Origin: a candidate division WWE3 bacterium RIFCSPHIGHO2_01_FULL_40_23
Lineage (GTDB): Bacteria > Patescibacteriota > WWE3 > UBA101185 > 2-01-FULL-41-18
Direction: 5' to 3'
DNA: 64,000 nt
NCBI GenBank assembly: GCA_001772615.1
Contig: MEUZ01000003.1
Coordinates: forward strand, 182,422 to 246,421
Shown: positions 39,010 to 47,147 of the stretch, one piece after another
Numbering within the stretch: position 1 is the stretch's first letter
Layout: each line of letters opens with the position of its first letter
Program-made: the position numbers and the translations under genes
The notes under the pieces: model-generated
Databases searched by the model: none
What the model was told of the DNA's origin: nothing
What the model saw: the letters and a program-made list of their open reading frames with translations, nothing else

Positions 39010-39104
39010 ATATTACAATCTACATTATAACATCTATTTATTCTTATTAAAAGGTATTAAACGCGGTAGACGCAGAGTATTTTGCCCACAACTGGTAGAA
39101 TAAT

Positions 39105-39432
39105 ACGGCAGGGCACACAAGCGGTTACCCGCCTACCGGCGGGAGGAAAGTCCAGACAGCATAGAGCAAGGGGTTGGAACGTAAGTTCCGACTGGCAACA
39201 GCTGGTACCGAGCTTTTGAAAAGAAGTCCGGACGGAAGGCGAATCGACGTCCTCCGAGATCCACAGAGACGAGCTTCCCCTAAGTCTTCGGATAAGGGGT
39301 AAGAGTGAAACGCGGAAATCCCACCCGCTGCAATCCACGATGTTACCGTTTAAGCCTGCTCGGCAAGGTACAAAGATGGAGCATAGAGAGATGCCGCATA
39401 AACAGAATCTGGCTTATGGATGCCCTGCACTT
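39105..39432 (+). ncRNA. rnpB: RNase P RNA (bacterial type, compact)
   Basis: P1 pairing GCAGGGCA (39108-39115) with TGCCCTGC (39421-39428). P3 hairpin CCCGCC-tacc-GGCGGG. P4 5' strand GGGAGGAAAGTCCAGAC. P4 3' strand ACAGAATCTGGCTTATGG. Confidence 0.8.
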
Positions 39433-40412
39433 TATTCCTCAAGATCAAGATTTATAAGTCTTTTGAAAATAACTACTGAAAGAAGAGAAATAGGGATTGA
39501 TATTAAAGCCCCCGCAACCCCATACAATTTAGCTCCTATTAAAAGAGCGATCATTGTGACAAGAGGATTAAATCCCGCAACTTTTTGCATAACTCTTGGG
39601 ACAAGGATACTGTTCTCAACCTGCTGTATACCTATAAAAAGAGCTACGGAAAGAAGACCCGTTACAGGGCTAACAGCTAAACCTACAATCCCCGCTATTA
39701 TTGTGGAAATAATAGGCCCGATAACTGGAACAACTTCTAAAACTCCCGATACCACACCAAGAGATGCAGCATATGGCACCTGAAGAATTAAAAGACTGAA
39801 ATAGCCCATTAAACCAACAACAAACATTAAAAAAAGCTGCCCTTTTATCCACCTGCTTAAGTTATCCTCAACCTCAACCCAGGTATCATCAACGTAGTCT
39901 TTAACATCATCGGCAAAAAGGGCTAAAAATCTTCTTTTTACGTTAGGCAAATCAAGTGAAAGATACAAAGTAAAAACAAAAACCGTAATAAAGCTGAAGG
40001 TATTTGCAAATACACTTAAGGTAACGGCGAAAACATCATCCAGCGCGACACCAAATTCAGAAACGGATTTTAATAAAGAAGCCCTGATTTGCTCGCTTGC
40101 TACGGCGGCGCTTATGATATTTGGAAGATTAAGCACAAGATTTCTTAACTGTGTCGCAACAAGAGGAAGCGCTAAGGCAAAAAATAAAATAATTACAAAA
40201 AAAGAGATTGTAAAAACGATGCCCACTGCAATACCTCTTGGCATCTTTTTCCTTGCCATATATTTAACAGCGGGTTCAATAGAAAGGGCAAGAATAGAGG
40301 CTATCACAAGCTGCAAAATTACATCCCTAATTTGATAAAGCAGCACAAGCACAATAATAAGAAGGAAAGTTATAAATATAGATCTTGCGGATATGACAAT
40401 GTTTTTTTGCAT
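39432..40412 (-). CDS. AI-2E family transporter (PerM/UPF0118)
   Basis: Eight TM helices with the family-typical N-terminal topology, 326 aa. Confidence 0.65.
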   Translation of the reverse strand: MQKNIVISARSIFITFLLIIVLVLLYQIRDVILQLVIASILALSIEPAVKYMARKKMPRGIAVGIVFTISFFVIILFFALALPLVATQLRNLVLNLPNIISAAVASEQIRASLLKSVSEFGVALDDVFAVTLSVFANTFSFITVFVFTLYLSLDLPNVKRRFLALFADDVKDYVDDTWVEVEDNLSRWIKGQLFLMFVVGLMGYFSLLILQVPYAASLGVVSGVLEVVPVIGPIISTIIAGIVGLAVSPVTGLLSVALFIGIQQVENSILVPRVMQKVAGFNPLVTMIALLIGAKLYGVAGALISIPISLLSVVIFKRLINLDLEE

Positions 40413-41336
40413 CTACCCCGATTCTACAAGGCTTAACATCAGACTGTCAAAGCCCGCTTTTAGAGGGTCAAAAAAGGAAACTTTAGGCATCTTTTTAAAG
40501 TAAGTTTCCTGTCTTCTTATATACTTGTGATTGTCATACTTCATCCTTTCAAGGGCTTCTTGTTTATTTAACTTTTGAGAAAGAAAAAGCACTGCAGTTT
40601 TGTAATTTAAACCCTTCATCGGGGCGGTTTCAGAAAACCCCATCTCAATAAGAGCTTTAGTTTCCTCTATCAAAGCTTCAAATGAGGTTTCCACCCACCT
40701 ATCAACCCTCTTGTAAATTTCTGGCCTTGGGATCTTAAGACCGATAACTACGGAAGGCCTTATAAATGGTAAAGCTTTCTCAACGAAATTCTGGCTTCCT
40801 GTTTCTATCTCAATTGCTCTTATTAACCTTACTTTATTATTTTTGTCTATTAAACCGGCTTTTTCTTTATTTAGTACTGAAAGCTTTAAAAAAAGCTGCT
40901 CCGCTGTAAGCTTGTTTAACTTTTTTCTTAAATTCTCATCTGGAGAAACATTAGCCACTTTTTTATTTCCCAAAATTACATCAAAATAAAAGCCCGTTCC
41001 GCCAGTAAAAAACACATAAGGCTTTTCAAACTTTAATTTTGAAATAAAATTGTAAAAATCAAACGCCGAAAAAGATTTATCCGGTGATATAAGATTATAT
41101 CCAAAGACTTTAACCCCATTTACCACCCAAAGCCCATCATTCTTTTCAACCTCAAAAGGCTCCCCCACCGGAAGTTTACCGGTTCCTATATCCATGTACT
41201 TATAGATTTGCCTTGAATCAACAGAAACTATTTCTCCGCCAAGCTTCTTACAAAGCTTTAAAGCAAGTGAAGTTTTCCCTGATGATGTCGGCCCAAGTAT
41301 TACAACTTGTTTGGGTTTTAAAGCTTTTGGCATCAA
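40413..41336 (-). CDS. miaA: tRNA dimethylallyltransferase
   Basis: P-loop VVILGPTSSGKTSLAL and SVDSRQIYKYMDIGTGK. Confidence 0.8.
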   Translation of the reverse strand: MMPKALKPKQVVILGPTSSGKTSLALKLCKKLGGEIVSVDSRQIYKYMDIGTGKLPVGEPFEVEKNDGLWVVNGVKVFGYNLISPDKSFSAFDFYNFISKLKFEKPYVFFTGGTGFYFDVILGNKKVANVSPDENLRKKLNKLTAEQLFLKLSVLNKEKAGLIDKNNKVRLIRAIEIETGSQNFVEKALPFIRPSVVIGLKIPRPEIYKRVDRWVETSFEALIEETKALIEMGFSETAPMKGLNYKTAVLFLSQKLNKQEALERMKYDNHKYIRRQETYFKKMPKVSFFDPLKAGFDSLMLSLVESG

Positions 41337-41569
41337 GCAAGCTTAAAAAGAAATCCGGAGATAATAACAAGAATAAGGCCTACAACAATTGAAGAAACCG
41401 GATTATTTAAAAAGGGATTAATATCCGAAAAAGTCCAGATACCCCTCCAAACAAGAATTACTCCAACACTTCCTATGAGAGTAAATATTACTTTGTGCTT
41501 TAACTGAAGTTTTTTTAGACCCTTTTGAGGGGAGCTTTTAATAGATTTTATTATTTTCCTTCTTCTCAT
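41333..41569 (-). CDS. small membrane protein (78 aa)
   Basis: Two TM helices; overlaps the miaA start (operonic). Confidence 0.3.
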   Translation of the reverse strand: MRRRKIIKSIKSSPQKGLKKLQLKHKVIFTLIGSVGVILVWRGIWTFSDINPFLNNPVSSIVVGLILVIISGFLFKLA

Positions 41570-41577
41570 TCGTAGTC

Positions 41578-42786
41578 TTAATTATGAATCAGAACTTTGC
41601 TTTCTTCAATAATCTGCGAAAGATACGCATGCCTCCTCTTTTTTTCAGAAAGAAGTATGTCATCTTTATAAAACCTCTCCGCAGGAGTTCCCTTCCTCGG
41701 AGAATAAATTGAAATGTAAGCAACACTAAACCCAATTTTTTTACAAAGCTCAACCGTATCTAAAAATTGCTCCAGAGTCTCACCTGGAAACCCAACAATA
41801 ATATCCGTTCCAATTTCAATATCGGGTACTTTATCCCTTATCTTCTCAACAAGATTAGTAAAATCTTGAGCCGTGTGTCTTCTATTCATTCTTCTTAAAA
41901 CTTCGTCATTGCCTGATTGAAGCGCCATGTGAAGATACTTTGAAACTTTTGGTAGTTTTAACGCATCAATCAAATCAGTTGTGAAATCAAAAGGATTTGA
42001 TGAGATAAAGCTGATTTTATTAATGCCGGGGATTTCATGTATCTCTCTTAAAAGTGACGCAAATGGGAGTTTCTCGTCCGATCCTGATCTGATTTCAAAC
42101 TTTTTTTCGGTAGAAAGTCCCCACGAATTTACGTTTTGTCCGCATAAAGTAACTTCGCTAAAACCAGCTTTAACTAAATAAGCCACTTCTTTTAATATTG
42201 TTTCTTTTGACCGTGAAACTTCTTTTCCCCTTGCGTAGGGAACAACACAGAAAGTGCAAAAGTTATCGCAGCCTACTGAAATGTTCACAAATGCGTGCTT
42301 TGAATTAGGAATTGCATTTTCTCCCGGGGCAAAAGTCTTCATTCTTTTTGCTGGAACACTTTCCATATTCAACGCCTTCATAACCCAATCATCAATAAGA
42401 TTAAGCCTTAAAAGTACTTTAGGAAGCTCCTTTATTTGAGTAGGATTTATATATTCGTTGGCCCATGGAGTTCTCTTTCTTAATTCACTAAATGCAAATC
42501 TCTGGCGCTCTCCGGTAACTGATCCGACCATACATCCAGCCATAATTACCTTCACATCGGGATTATTAACTCTTAACTCGGAAATCTTTTTTCCAAGCCC
42601 GTACACTTTATCCTCTGATTTCTGCCTCACAGAACAAGTATTTATAATTAAAAGATCGGCCTCCCCTGCATCTTTAGTTTCGTAAAAATCCAAACTTTCC
42701 AGGATACCTGCAATAACTTCACTATCGTGAGTGTTTGCCTGGCACCCAAAGGTAATAATGTGATATTTCTTGGATGAAAAACTCAT
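41578..42786 (-). CDS. miaB: radical-SAM methylthiotransferase (MiaB/RimO family; likely MiaB given miaA synteny)
   Basis: N-terminal MTTase Cys motif (TFGCQAN), radical SAM CxxxCxxC (SVGCDNFCTFCVVP), C-terminal TRAM-like region. Confidence 0.7.
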   Translation of the reverse strand: MSFSSKKYHIITFGCQANTHDSEVIAGILESLDFYETKDAGEADLLIINTCSVRQKSEDKVYGLGKKISELRVNNPDVKVIMAGCMVGSVTGERQRFAFSELRKRTPWANEYINPTQIKELPKVLLRLNLIDDWVMKALNMESVPAKRMKTFAPGENAIPNSKHAFVNISVGCDNFCTFCVVPYARGKEVSRSKETILKEVAYLVKAGFSEVTLCGQNVNSWGLSTEKKFEIRSGSDEKLPFASLLREIHEIPGINKISFISSNPFDFTTDLIDALKLPKVSKYLHMALQSGNDEVLRRMNRRHTAQDFTNLVEKIRDKVPDIEIGTDIIVGFPGETLEQFLDTVELCKKIGFSVAYISIYSPRKGTPAERFYKDDILLSEKKRRHAYLSQIIEESKVLIHN

Positions 42787-42794
42787 AGGTTAGC

Positions 42795-43190
42795 TTAATG
42801 ATAGACTACTTCCAGTTTAATTCTATCAGGATCTTCAAAAAAGACGGCGTAATATTTTTTAGTATATTCAGGAAATTTTTTAGGGCTTTGATATAAAGTT
42901 TGAATTTTTTTAACCTTTAAGAACTTATTATAAAAATCATCCACAGCCTTTTTACTGCTTACAAGAAAAGCAATATGGTTAAGACCAACATCCTTTCTGT
43001 GAAAACTCTTTTTCATATATTTTTTGTCTACTAACATAACCCAAAAACTGGATTTCCCGCTATAGTAACCAACACCCCAATCTCCTCCCGCCGCCTTCTT
43101 AAACCCTAAAAATGGGAGAAGATCTTTATAAAATTCAAGAGACTTCTTGGAAGATACGTTTATCTGCAAATGACCTAAAGCTGCCTTCAT
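42795..43190 (-). CDS. VOC/glyoxalase-bleomycin-resistance fold protein
   Basis: LGHLQINVSS...YKDLLPFLGF and a C-terminal VVYH typical of VOC metal ligand positions. Confidence 0.4.
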   Translation of the reverse strand: MKAALGHLQINVSSKKSLEFYKDLLPFLGFKKAAGGDWGVGYYSGKSSFWVMLVDKKYMKKSFHRKDVGLNHIAFLVSSKKAVDDFYNKFLKVKKIQTLYQSPKKFPEYTKKYYAVFFEDPDRIKLEVVYH

Positions 43191-43512
43191 AATTACCCCA
43201 CAAATTTAATAAACTTTACCCATATTAAACCCGAAGAATCAAATTTGCAACATTTAATCTTGATTCAGAAATATCCTGGAGTCGTCTTAAACTCTTCTTG
43301 AAAACTTTCCATAATACGATTACCTAAGGTTACACTCTTCTTTTCCTGAGCGCAAAATGAGTAAAAAGGATAAAATTAGAAATAATGAAAGTAAAGATTG
43401 ATAAAAAGTTGCTTCTTGAAAATTACCAGCATCTGCAGTATTCAATAATATAGACAAACTCATTGATTTAGATTTTGCCTCAATAGCCATATGCTCAAAA
43501 TACAAACCGCCA

Positions 43513-44172
43513 ATGCTTAATCATGCTTTGATACGTAGAAATCTTGAAAACACAGAACTAGATGCAATAGAAAAATTTTTTAAATCCGAAAAAAAGAAAC
43601 CTATACTTTACTTTGAGAACAAACTTGAATTAAAGAAGTTAAAGAAGCTACTAATTGGAAGGGGCTACAAAGAACACTGGGAGGAGTCGTGGATGTTCCA
43701 CACAGGTGAAGGCATGGAAGAGCTTAAAGCTCCCAATATAAGAAAAGTGCGTACAGACAATGAACTCAACACTTTCTTAACTACCTTCAACAATTGTTAC
43801 AGAAAAGGTGACCCCCAAAACCCTTACGGCGAACTCGGGGATCACTTGAACATAGCCCGTGAATCGTGGGAAAGACACCATGAGAATGGGAAAGTGGAAT
43901 ATTTCATAGCCTTTCAGGGAAGTAAACCCGTAGCTGTTACAGCTCTAACCAACTTTTCCGGGATGGGTTACATATCACATGGAGGATCATTACTTGAGGT
44001 AAGGGGAAAAGGGTTTGGAAAGCTGCTCAACTTTTATTGTTTGCACAAATCCCTAAGAAACGGGAATAAATTACATTTTTTGGTAACGTTAAAAGGCCAA
44101 TATGTACAAAAGTTTTGTAATCGCCTCGGTTACACAACAAAACTCACCGCAGTAGGTTTTGTTAAAGAATAG
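43513..44172 (+). CDS. putative GNAT-fold N-acetyltransferase
   Basis: AFQGSKPVAVTAL...RGKGFGKLL resembles GNAT motif A (R/QxxGxG/A). Confidence 0.4.
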   Translation: MLNHALIRRNLENTELDAIEKFFKSEKKKPILYFENKLELKKLKKLLIGRGYKEHWEESWMFHTGEGMEELKAPNIRKVRTDNELNTFLTTFNNCYRKGDPQNPYGELGDHLNIARESWERHHENGKVEYFIAFQGSKPVAVTALTNFSGMGYISHGGSLLEVRGKGFGKLLNFYCLHKSLRNGNKLHFLVTLKGQYVQKFCNRLGYTTKLTAVGFVKE

Positions 44173-44176
44173 CCTA

Positions 44177-44635
44177 TCAAATAATGTTTAGCTTTTCCTT
44201 TATTTTGACGAGGCCCTCGGTTATTAACTTTTCAAGATTATCCATTTTGGCCTCAAGCCTATCCATCCTTTCCTCAAGTCCATCCAGTCTATCCTCAATC
44301 CTACCTACCCTTCCTTCAATCCTGTCAAGCCTCTCTTCAACTTTATCAAATCTCCTATCAATCTCATCAAACTTATCTTCCACATAATCCCTAAACTCAA
44401 TGCTCACATCTATTGAGTCATTTATATTTCTGTTAATCTCAACAACTTCAGCTTCCACTCTTAGAACCCTGTCATTCAGCACGCTAAGTTGATTGTTAAT
44501 TTGTTTAAGTTGTTGAGGGAATAGCTCAACGTTCATTGGTATAATTATATTATTTCGGACTGGGATGTCAATATACTCTAGACGTTTAATTGAAAGCAAA
44601 AATGGCTGTCTAACTGGAATAAGACAGCCATTCAA
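44177..44635 (-). CDS. small coiled-coil protein built from heptad repeats R-[LVM]-[DG]-R-[IL]-E-x
   Basis: Six or more consecutive 7-residue repeats (RLDRIEG RVGRIED RLDGLEE RMDRLEA KMDNLEK ...), matched by a 21-nt DNA periodicity. Confidence 0.45.
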   Translation of the reverse strand: MNGCLIPVRQPFLLSIKRLEYIDIPVRNNIIIPMNVELFPQQLKQINNQLSVLNDRVLRVEAEVVEINRNINDSIDVSIEFRDYVEDKFDEIDRRFDKVEERLDRIEGRVGRIEDRLDGLEERMDRLEAKMDNLEKLITEGLVKIKEKLNII

Positions 44636-44637
44636 AA

Positions 44638-45435
44638 CTACCTTCGCAAAGAAAGAACAACTAACCTCTTACTTTCTATAGCCATCGGTTCTCCGGCAAG
44701 GCTCCCCAGAAAGCTAAGAACTTCAAACCCTGCCTTTTCCAGAAGCTCCTTTAGCTCATGTGGTTGATAAAGTCGAAGTGAGGATGTGACCACCATTTCC
44801 TTCCGGCCTCCCACATACAATGTTTCTGTTGAGATAAGCCTCCCCGTCCAAAAATCGTACACCCTTGGAAACGAAACTTTTCTCACAGATCCATCATTAG
44901 AAACGGTATAACCCGAAGGATTGTAGTTTCTCGCAATGTAATGCGGGCTCATCGTGTCTAAAACGAAGGTCGCTCCCGGCTTAAGAGCTCTTCTTAAACT
45001 TTTTAGAGCAAGGAGGTCATCTCTTTCTGAAAGATAACCAATCCCTGCAGTAAACATGTTTATAGCTCCATCAGCCTTTATTCGAGGCGGAGTCTTTCTA
45101 AAATCCTTGGTAACTATCCGGATTTTGACACCGGCCTCTCTTGCTTCTCTTCCTGCAAGCCGCGTGTGGATAGGGCTAAGATCAAGAAGAGTTACACGGT
45201 AACCCCTCTTTGCTATCGGAATAGCATGGCGACCGTAACCCCCGCACCAATCCAGTATGTGAGAACCTTTAGGAAGTCCCAAAAGTTTCAAGACCCCATC
45301 AACGTCCCTTGCAACACTTAATTCATCATCAACCTTGTCACGATAGGTCTGGACGTAGAAGTCTGTCAGAAACATCTCATTCACCCAGCTTCCACTTCTG
45401 GTCTTCATCTTCATTTCTCCTTCTTCTTGTTTCAT
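44638..45435 (-). CDS. class I SAM-dependent methyltransferase
   Basis: ILDWCGGYGRHAI motif I (xLDxGxGxG) and VTLLDLS motif II. Confidence 0.65.
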   Translation of the reverse strand: MKQEEGEMKMKTRSGSWVNEMFLTDFYVQTYRDKVDDELSVARDVDGVLKLLGLPKGSHILDWCGGYGRHAIPIAKRGYRVTLLDLSPIHTRLAGREAREAGVKIRIVTKDFRKTPPRIKADGAINMFTAGIGYLSERDDLLALKSLRRALKPGATFVLDTMSPHYIARNYNPSGYTVSNDGSVRKVSFPRVYDFWTGRLISTETLYVGGRKEMVVTSSLRLYQPHELKELLEKAGFEVLSFLGSLAGEPMAIESKRLVVLSLRR

Positions 45436-45523
45436 TCCCGGCGCCTAAAAACACATTTGCGTCTTTTGCTCCCGTTTTTGCCGGGTTGGGAAAGCTTCCG
45501 AAAGAAAGCAAATTATTTGGGGG

Positions 45524-45549
45524 AAATAAAAAAGCCTCCCTTCGGAGGC
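45524..45549 (-). terminator. rho-independent terminator on minus strand
   Basis: GCCTCC-gaag-GGAGGC hairpin followed on the minus strand by TTTTTTATTT. Confidence 0.45.
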
Positions 45550-45677
45550 TAATCCAACATTACAAAAATCTTAAGCCTCCGGTAACGCTGATTTCACAGC
45601 GCAATTAACCGCACCCATGTACTTTAGGGTGGGAACCAACTTATTTAACTGAATTAATATACAAGCCCTATCCATAT
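45550..45677 (-). ncRNA. candidate small RNA (or 34-codon micro-ORF) delimited by a consensus-like promoter and a terminator
   Basis: On the minus strand: TTGACT (45709-45714), an 18-nt spacer, then TAATAT (45685-45690). Transcribed region contains hairpins CACCC...GGGTG and CGCTG-tgaaat-CAGCG and ends at the 45524-45549 terminator. Confidence 0.3.
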
Positions 45678-45770
45678 AATTTATATATTAACAAATTCAC
45701 CTTGCTATAGTCAAGAATTGATGTAGACTAAGATTTAGCCTTGGAAGAAAATAAGTTGGAATTGAAGTGC

Positions 45771-45807
45771 AAAAAACCCCGCCTGTTATGCGGGGTCTTT
45801 GCTTGTT
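45771..45807. terminator. bidirectional rho-independent terminator (serves hup on the minus strand)
   Basis: CCCCGC-ctgttat-GCGGGG hairpin flanked by an A-run upstream and a T-rich tract downstream, 45 nt past the hup stop. Confidence 0.55.
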
Positions 45808-45850
45808 CCAACTTTCAAGTTTGTCCCAAAAGAGATTTGCCAGGAGTGAA

Positions 45851-46123
45851 TTACTTAACCGCGTCTTTTAACCCTTTTCCTGCTTTGAAAGCCGGTGTTT
45901 TGCTCGCGGATATTCTTAGAGGAGCTCCGGTTTGAGGATTTCTTCCCATTCTTGCAGCTCTTTGCCTAACCTCAAATGTTCCAAACCCTGTCCATGTAAC
46001 TTTTTCACCCTTTGAAAGGCTCTTTGCAATTCCATCCGAAAGCGAATCCAACGCTCTTTGAGAGTCGGCCTTCGTTAAACCTGCCTTATCGGCTACCATA
46101 TCTATTAAATCAGCTTTTGTCAT
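45851..46123 (-). CDS. hup: DNA-binding protein HU
   Basis: 90 aa. [20 protein letters not shown]...[21 protein letters not shown] matches the HU/IHF arm signature RNPxTG. Confidence 0.85.
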   Translation of the reverse strand: MTKADLIDMVADKAGLTKADSQRALDSLSDGIAKSLSKGEKVTWTGFGTFEVRQRAARMGRNPQTGAPLRISASKTPAFKAGKGLKDAVK

Positions 46124-46155
46124 TACAATTCACCCCCTTTCAATACCTGGCAGTT

Positions 46156-46929
46156 TTAAAATAAATTTTGATCTACTCTTAAAATCTCTTTTTTATCTGT
46201 ATCTAAAAGAACGCTTCTAAAAGCACATCTGCCTTCCTCTTCCCACTCAAACTTCTGGTTAATGGCTGTTCTCATCTGTTTAATTATTATGTCTTTCTTT
46301 ACACCTAAAACCGAATCAATCACTCCCGTCATTCCTATGTCTGTTACATACATTGTGCCTTTTGGAAGCACAAAGTTATCGCAGGTCGGCACATGCGTGT
46401 GGGTCCCAACAACAGCCGTCACTCTTCCATCAAGATAAAATCCCATTGCCATCTTTTCACTCGTTGCCTCCGCATGAAAATCAACAATAATTATGGAAGG
46501 CTTCTTGTCCTCATGCTCCTTTAGTATCAGATCAACGGCCTCAAACGGATCATCCGCGCTTAAGTTAAAAAAGGCTCTTCCAAGCAAATTTATTAAAAGA
46601 ACACTCCCCTTTCCGGGAAGGTCTATAAGCGCATAGCCTTTGCCGATAGTTTCCTTCGGATAGTTTGCCGGCCTGATTATAGGAAGCTTATCAATAACGT
46701 CCTCCGTCCCTTTTTGCCAGAACAAGTGGTCGCCTCCCGTAAAATAGTCAACACCGACCGATAACATTTCCGAAATGACACTCTCGGTTATTCCGCGTCC
46801 GTGAGCCAAATTCTCGGCATTCGCCAAGACAAGGCCGATATTATCACTACTTTTTAGGGTTGGCAATACCTTCTCAACTGTTTTGCGCCCCGGTTTAGCA
46901 ACAATGTCACCGATAAAAAGTATTTTCAT
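46156..46929 (-). CDS. ymdB: YmdB-like metallophosphoesterase (2',3'-cyclic-nucleotide phosphodiesterase family TIGR00282)
   Basis: MKILFIGDIVAKPGRK...NAENLAHGRGIT metallophosphatase motifs; sits downstream of rny as in Bacillus. Confidence 0.75.
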   Translation of the reverse strand: MKILFIGDIVAKPGRKTVEKVLPTLKSSDNIGLVLANAENLAHGRGITESVISEMLSVGVDYFTGGDHLFWQKGTEDVIDKLPIIRPANYPKETIGKGYALIDLPGKGSVLLINLLGRAFFNLSADDPFEAVDLILKEHEDKKPSIIIVDFHAEATSEKMAMGFYLDGRVTAVVGTHTHVPTCDNFVLPKGTMYVTDIGMTGVIDSVLGVKKDIIIKQMRTAINQKFEWEEEGRCAFRSVLLDTDKKEILRVDQNLF

Positions 46930-47141
46930 ATGCCAAATAATGACCTCGCTGTATTAAGAAAGCTGTCCCCGCCAAGAAACACAACCCAGAGAGTTATAAA
47001 AATAAGAATTGAAGCAAGTATTGTATAAACTACAACTTTAACAATTGAGCTGACAATTGACTTGAGAATATAAAAAATTACAAGAGCCGATAGAATAACA
47101 ACAACCGATATTACGTTAATGCCTTGCGGTAGCTGAATCAT
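46926..47141 (-). CDS. small two-TM membrane protein (71 aa)
   Basis: Lies between rny and ymdB and overlaps the ymdB start. Confidence 0.3.
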   Translation of the reverse strand: MIQLPQGINVISVVVILSALVIFYILKSIVSSIVKVVVYTILASILIFITLWVVFLGGDSFLNTARSLFGI

Positions 47142-47147
47142 AGATTT

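Noticed and set aside
39057-39783. Two ORF-track calls (39057-39338 minus, 39340-39783 plus) over the RNase P RNA
   Set aside because: They overlap conserved rnpB helices (P1, P3, P4) and have Cys/Arg-rich translations typical of structured-RNA reading frames. Judged spurious.
44184-44387. Plus-strand ORF translating to a Ser/Leu repeat (LSILSSS...)
   Set aside because: Mirror frame of the heptad-repeat coiled-coil gene on the minus strand. It has no start context and is a low-complexity artefact of the 21-nt DNA repeat.
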